Below are positions 62,403 to 64,000 of a stretch of 64,000 nucleotides of DNA, in pieces. Each line of letters starts with the position of its first letter. Position 1 is the stretch's first letter. A model generated the notes under the pieces. The model did not search any database, was not told the origin of the DNA, and saw nothing but the letters and a program-made list of their open reading frames with translations. A program made the position numbers and the translations under genes. Origin of the DNA: Eledone cirrhosa (lineage: Eukaryota); assembly GCA_964016885.1 (NCBI GenBank), contig OZ024744.1, positions 62,682,001 through 62,746,000 on the forward strand, read 5' to 3'.

Positions 62403-62703
62403 GTTTGAATTTCTTTTTACTTGAAAAAAGGGGCTCACGAAGGCTTTTTTGGGGTTGGTTATAAATGAAATTATGGTTGTCACGTGAACAAGTTTTCACT
62501 AAATTTTCGTGCCCTTATTTGGAAATCCATTGTGTAGCCTTTTTAGAGAATTTTATGATAAGTGAAAGATAATGGCAAAGAGAAAGGGATGGGAGAATTG
62601 TTCTGGTTCAGTGAATATGGTTAGTTCGCTGGGGTGTCAGAATTCAGATTTTCTATTGAATAAAGAAAGTAAAGATATGTATGTTTATTTGTGTGCTTGT
62701 GTG

Positions 62704-62734
<31 letters not shown>

Positions 62735-63070
62735 TGTGTGTGTGTGTGTTTGAATTTCTTTACTTTAAAAAAAGGTGGCTCACGAAGGCGTCTTTTAAAT
62801 AAACGTGATTTGATTGGTTATAAATGAAATTTGGCTGTCACGTGAACAAGTTTTCATTACATTTTCGCACCCTTATTTGTAGCCTTTATAGAGAATGTTA
62901 TGACAAGGGAAAGATAGTGGTCAAGAGAAATGGAATTGGGAGAATTGTTCTGGTTCAGTGAATATGGTTAGTTCGCTGGGGTGTCAGAGTTCAGATTTTC
63001 TATTGAAGTAAAGATATGTATGTTTATTTGTGTGCTTGTGTGTGTGTGTGTGTGTGTGTGTGTTTGTGTG
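62403..63070. repeat. ~345-bp tandem duplication, probably PLE 3' UTR on the minus strand
   Basis: 62405-62748 resembles 62749-63070; shares GTATGTTTATTTGTGTGCTTGTGTGTG with the reverse complement of 1262-1289. Confidence 0.8.
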
Positions 63071-63366
63071 ATCTTATATATATATATATATATATATATA
63101 CACAATATATTAATAAATGGAAACTATATTTATAAAACCATAATTATTTTATTATTTATATTTCAAAGGCGACCAAGGTAAATTATGGTGTGCTTTCATC
63201 AGATAAAATACACTATCCAGCGAATTTCAACCGCCAGTATATGTAAGAGTGTGCAGATATGTATGTATGTATACATTTACGTGTATGTGTCTGTGTTTGT
63301 GTATGTCTTGTAAAAATATACGACTGTTTGAATATATACGTGCAAATAAGCACATCTACCGCCCAA

Positions 63367-64000
63367 TCGATAAAATAAAGTACCAGTAATACACTGAGAT
63401 AATTGCTGGCCTTGTGCCAAAAGTATAAACAATTATTAGTTTTTTTGGGTTTTTTAGTGTCAGAAGGAATACTTTGAAGTATTTTGTTCCGGTTCTTTTC
63501 ATTCTGAGTTTAAATCCCATTGAGATTAACTTTGTTTAACAATCTTTAGGCTCAATAAAATAGTCGGTGGATTGGCAGAATCGTTCAAGTGTCGGACAAC
63601 GTGCTTTGCAGCATTTAGTTACGGCCCTTTATGTTCTAAAATCAAAGCCCATCAATGTCTAAGATTATTGGCTTATGCCTAAATTAGAAACCATTCAGAA
63701 TCGATAGAGCGTCAGACAACAAGCTTTAGCGGCATAGAGTTTTATGGCCCTTTACGTTCTGAGTTCAAATTCCACCGACGTTAACTTTGCCTTTCATCTT
63801 TACAGGGTCAATAAAACAAAGTACCAGTAATGCATTGGGATCAATTTAATTGACTCCCCCCCCCCTAAGTTGTTGGTTTTGTGCCTAAATTAGAAACCAT
63901 TATTTTAAGTAATGCACTGGATAATTGATGGCCTTGTGCCTAAAGTAGAAACAATTATTTTAGAAAAGGGCGGTGGATTGGCAGTATCGGTAGAGGGTCG
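63367..64000 (+). mobile_element. Cluster of SINE family 1 copies and fragments
   Basis: Multiple head and body matches; the last copy runs off the window. Confidence 0.8.

Overview
Eukaryotic, AT-rich and almost entirely repetitive DNA; I could not support any host protein-coding gene. The SINE families and the (TA)n/(AAT)n density suggest a cephalopod (Octopus-like) genome, which is inference only. The window holds RTE-clade LINEs stacked in (TA)n tracts, with a PHD-finger-like C4HC3 module inside the RT. It also holds two Tx1/L1-like LINEs, two R4/Dong-like RLE LINEs (one with an intact 1130-aa ORF), decayed CRE-clade LINEs, several Penelope-like (GIY-YIG) elements, two tRNA-derived SINE families, Helitron/MITE pieces, 29-bp and 60-bp minisatellites and a ~1 kb inverted duplication. 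The most notable signal is about 20 intact or decayed type I hammerhead ribozyme motifs read by eye. Many sit in non-coding foldback elements that carry the ribozyme on both strands, and one foldback was split by ~14 kb of AAT-targeting LINEs. Coordinates were read manually, boundaries are approximate, and no searches or folding programs were run.
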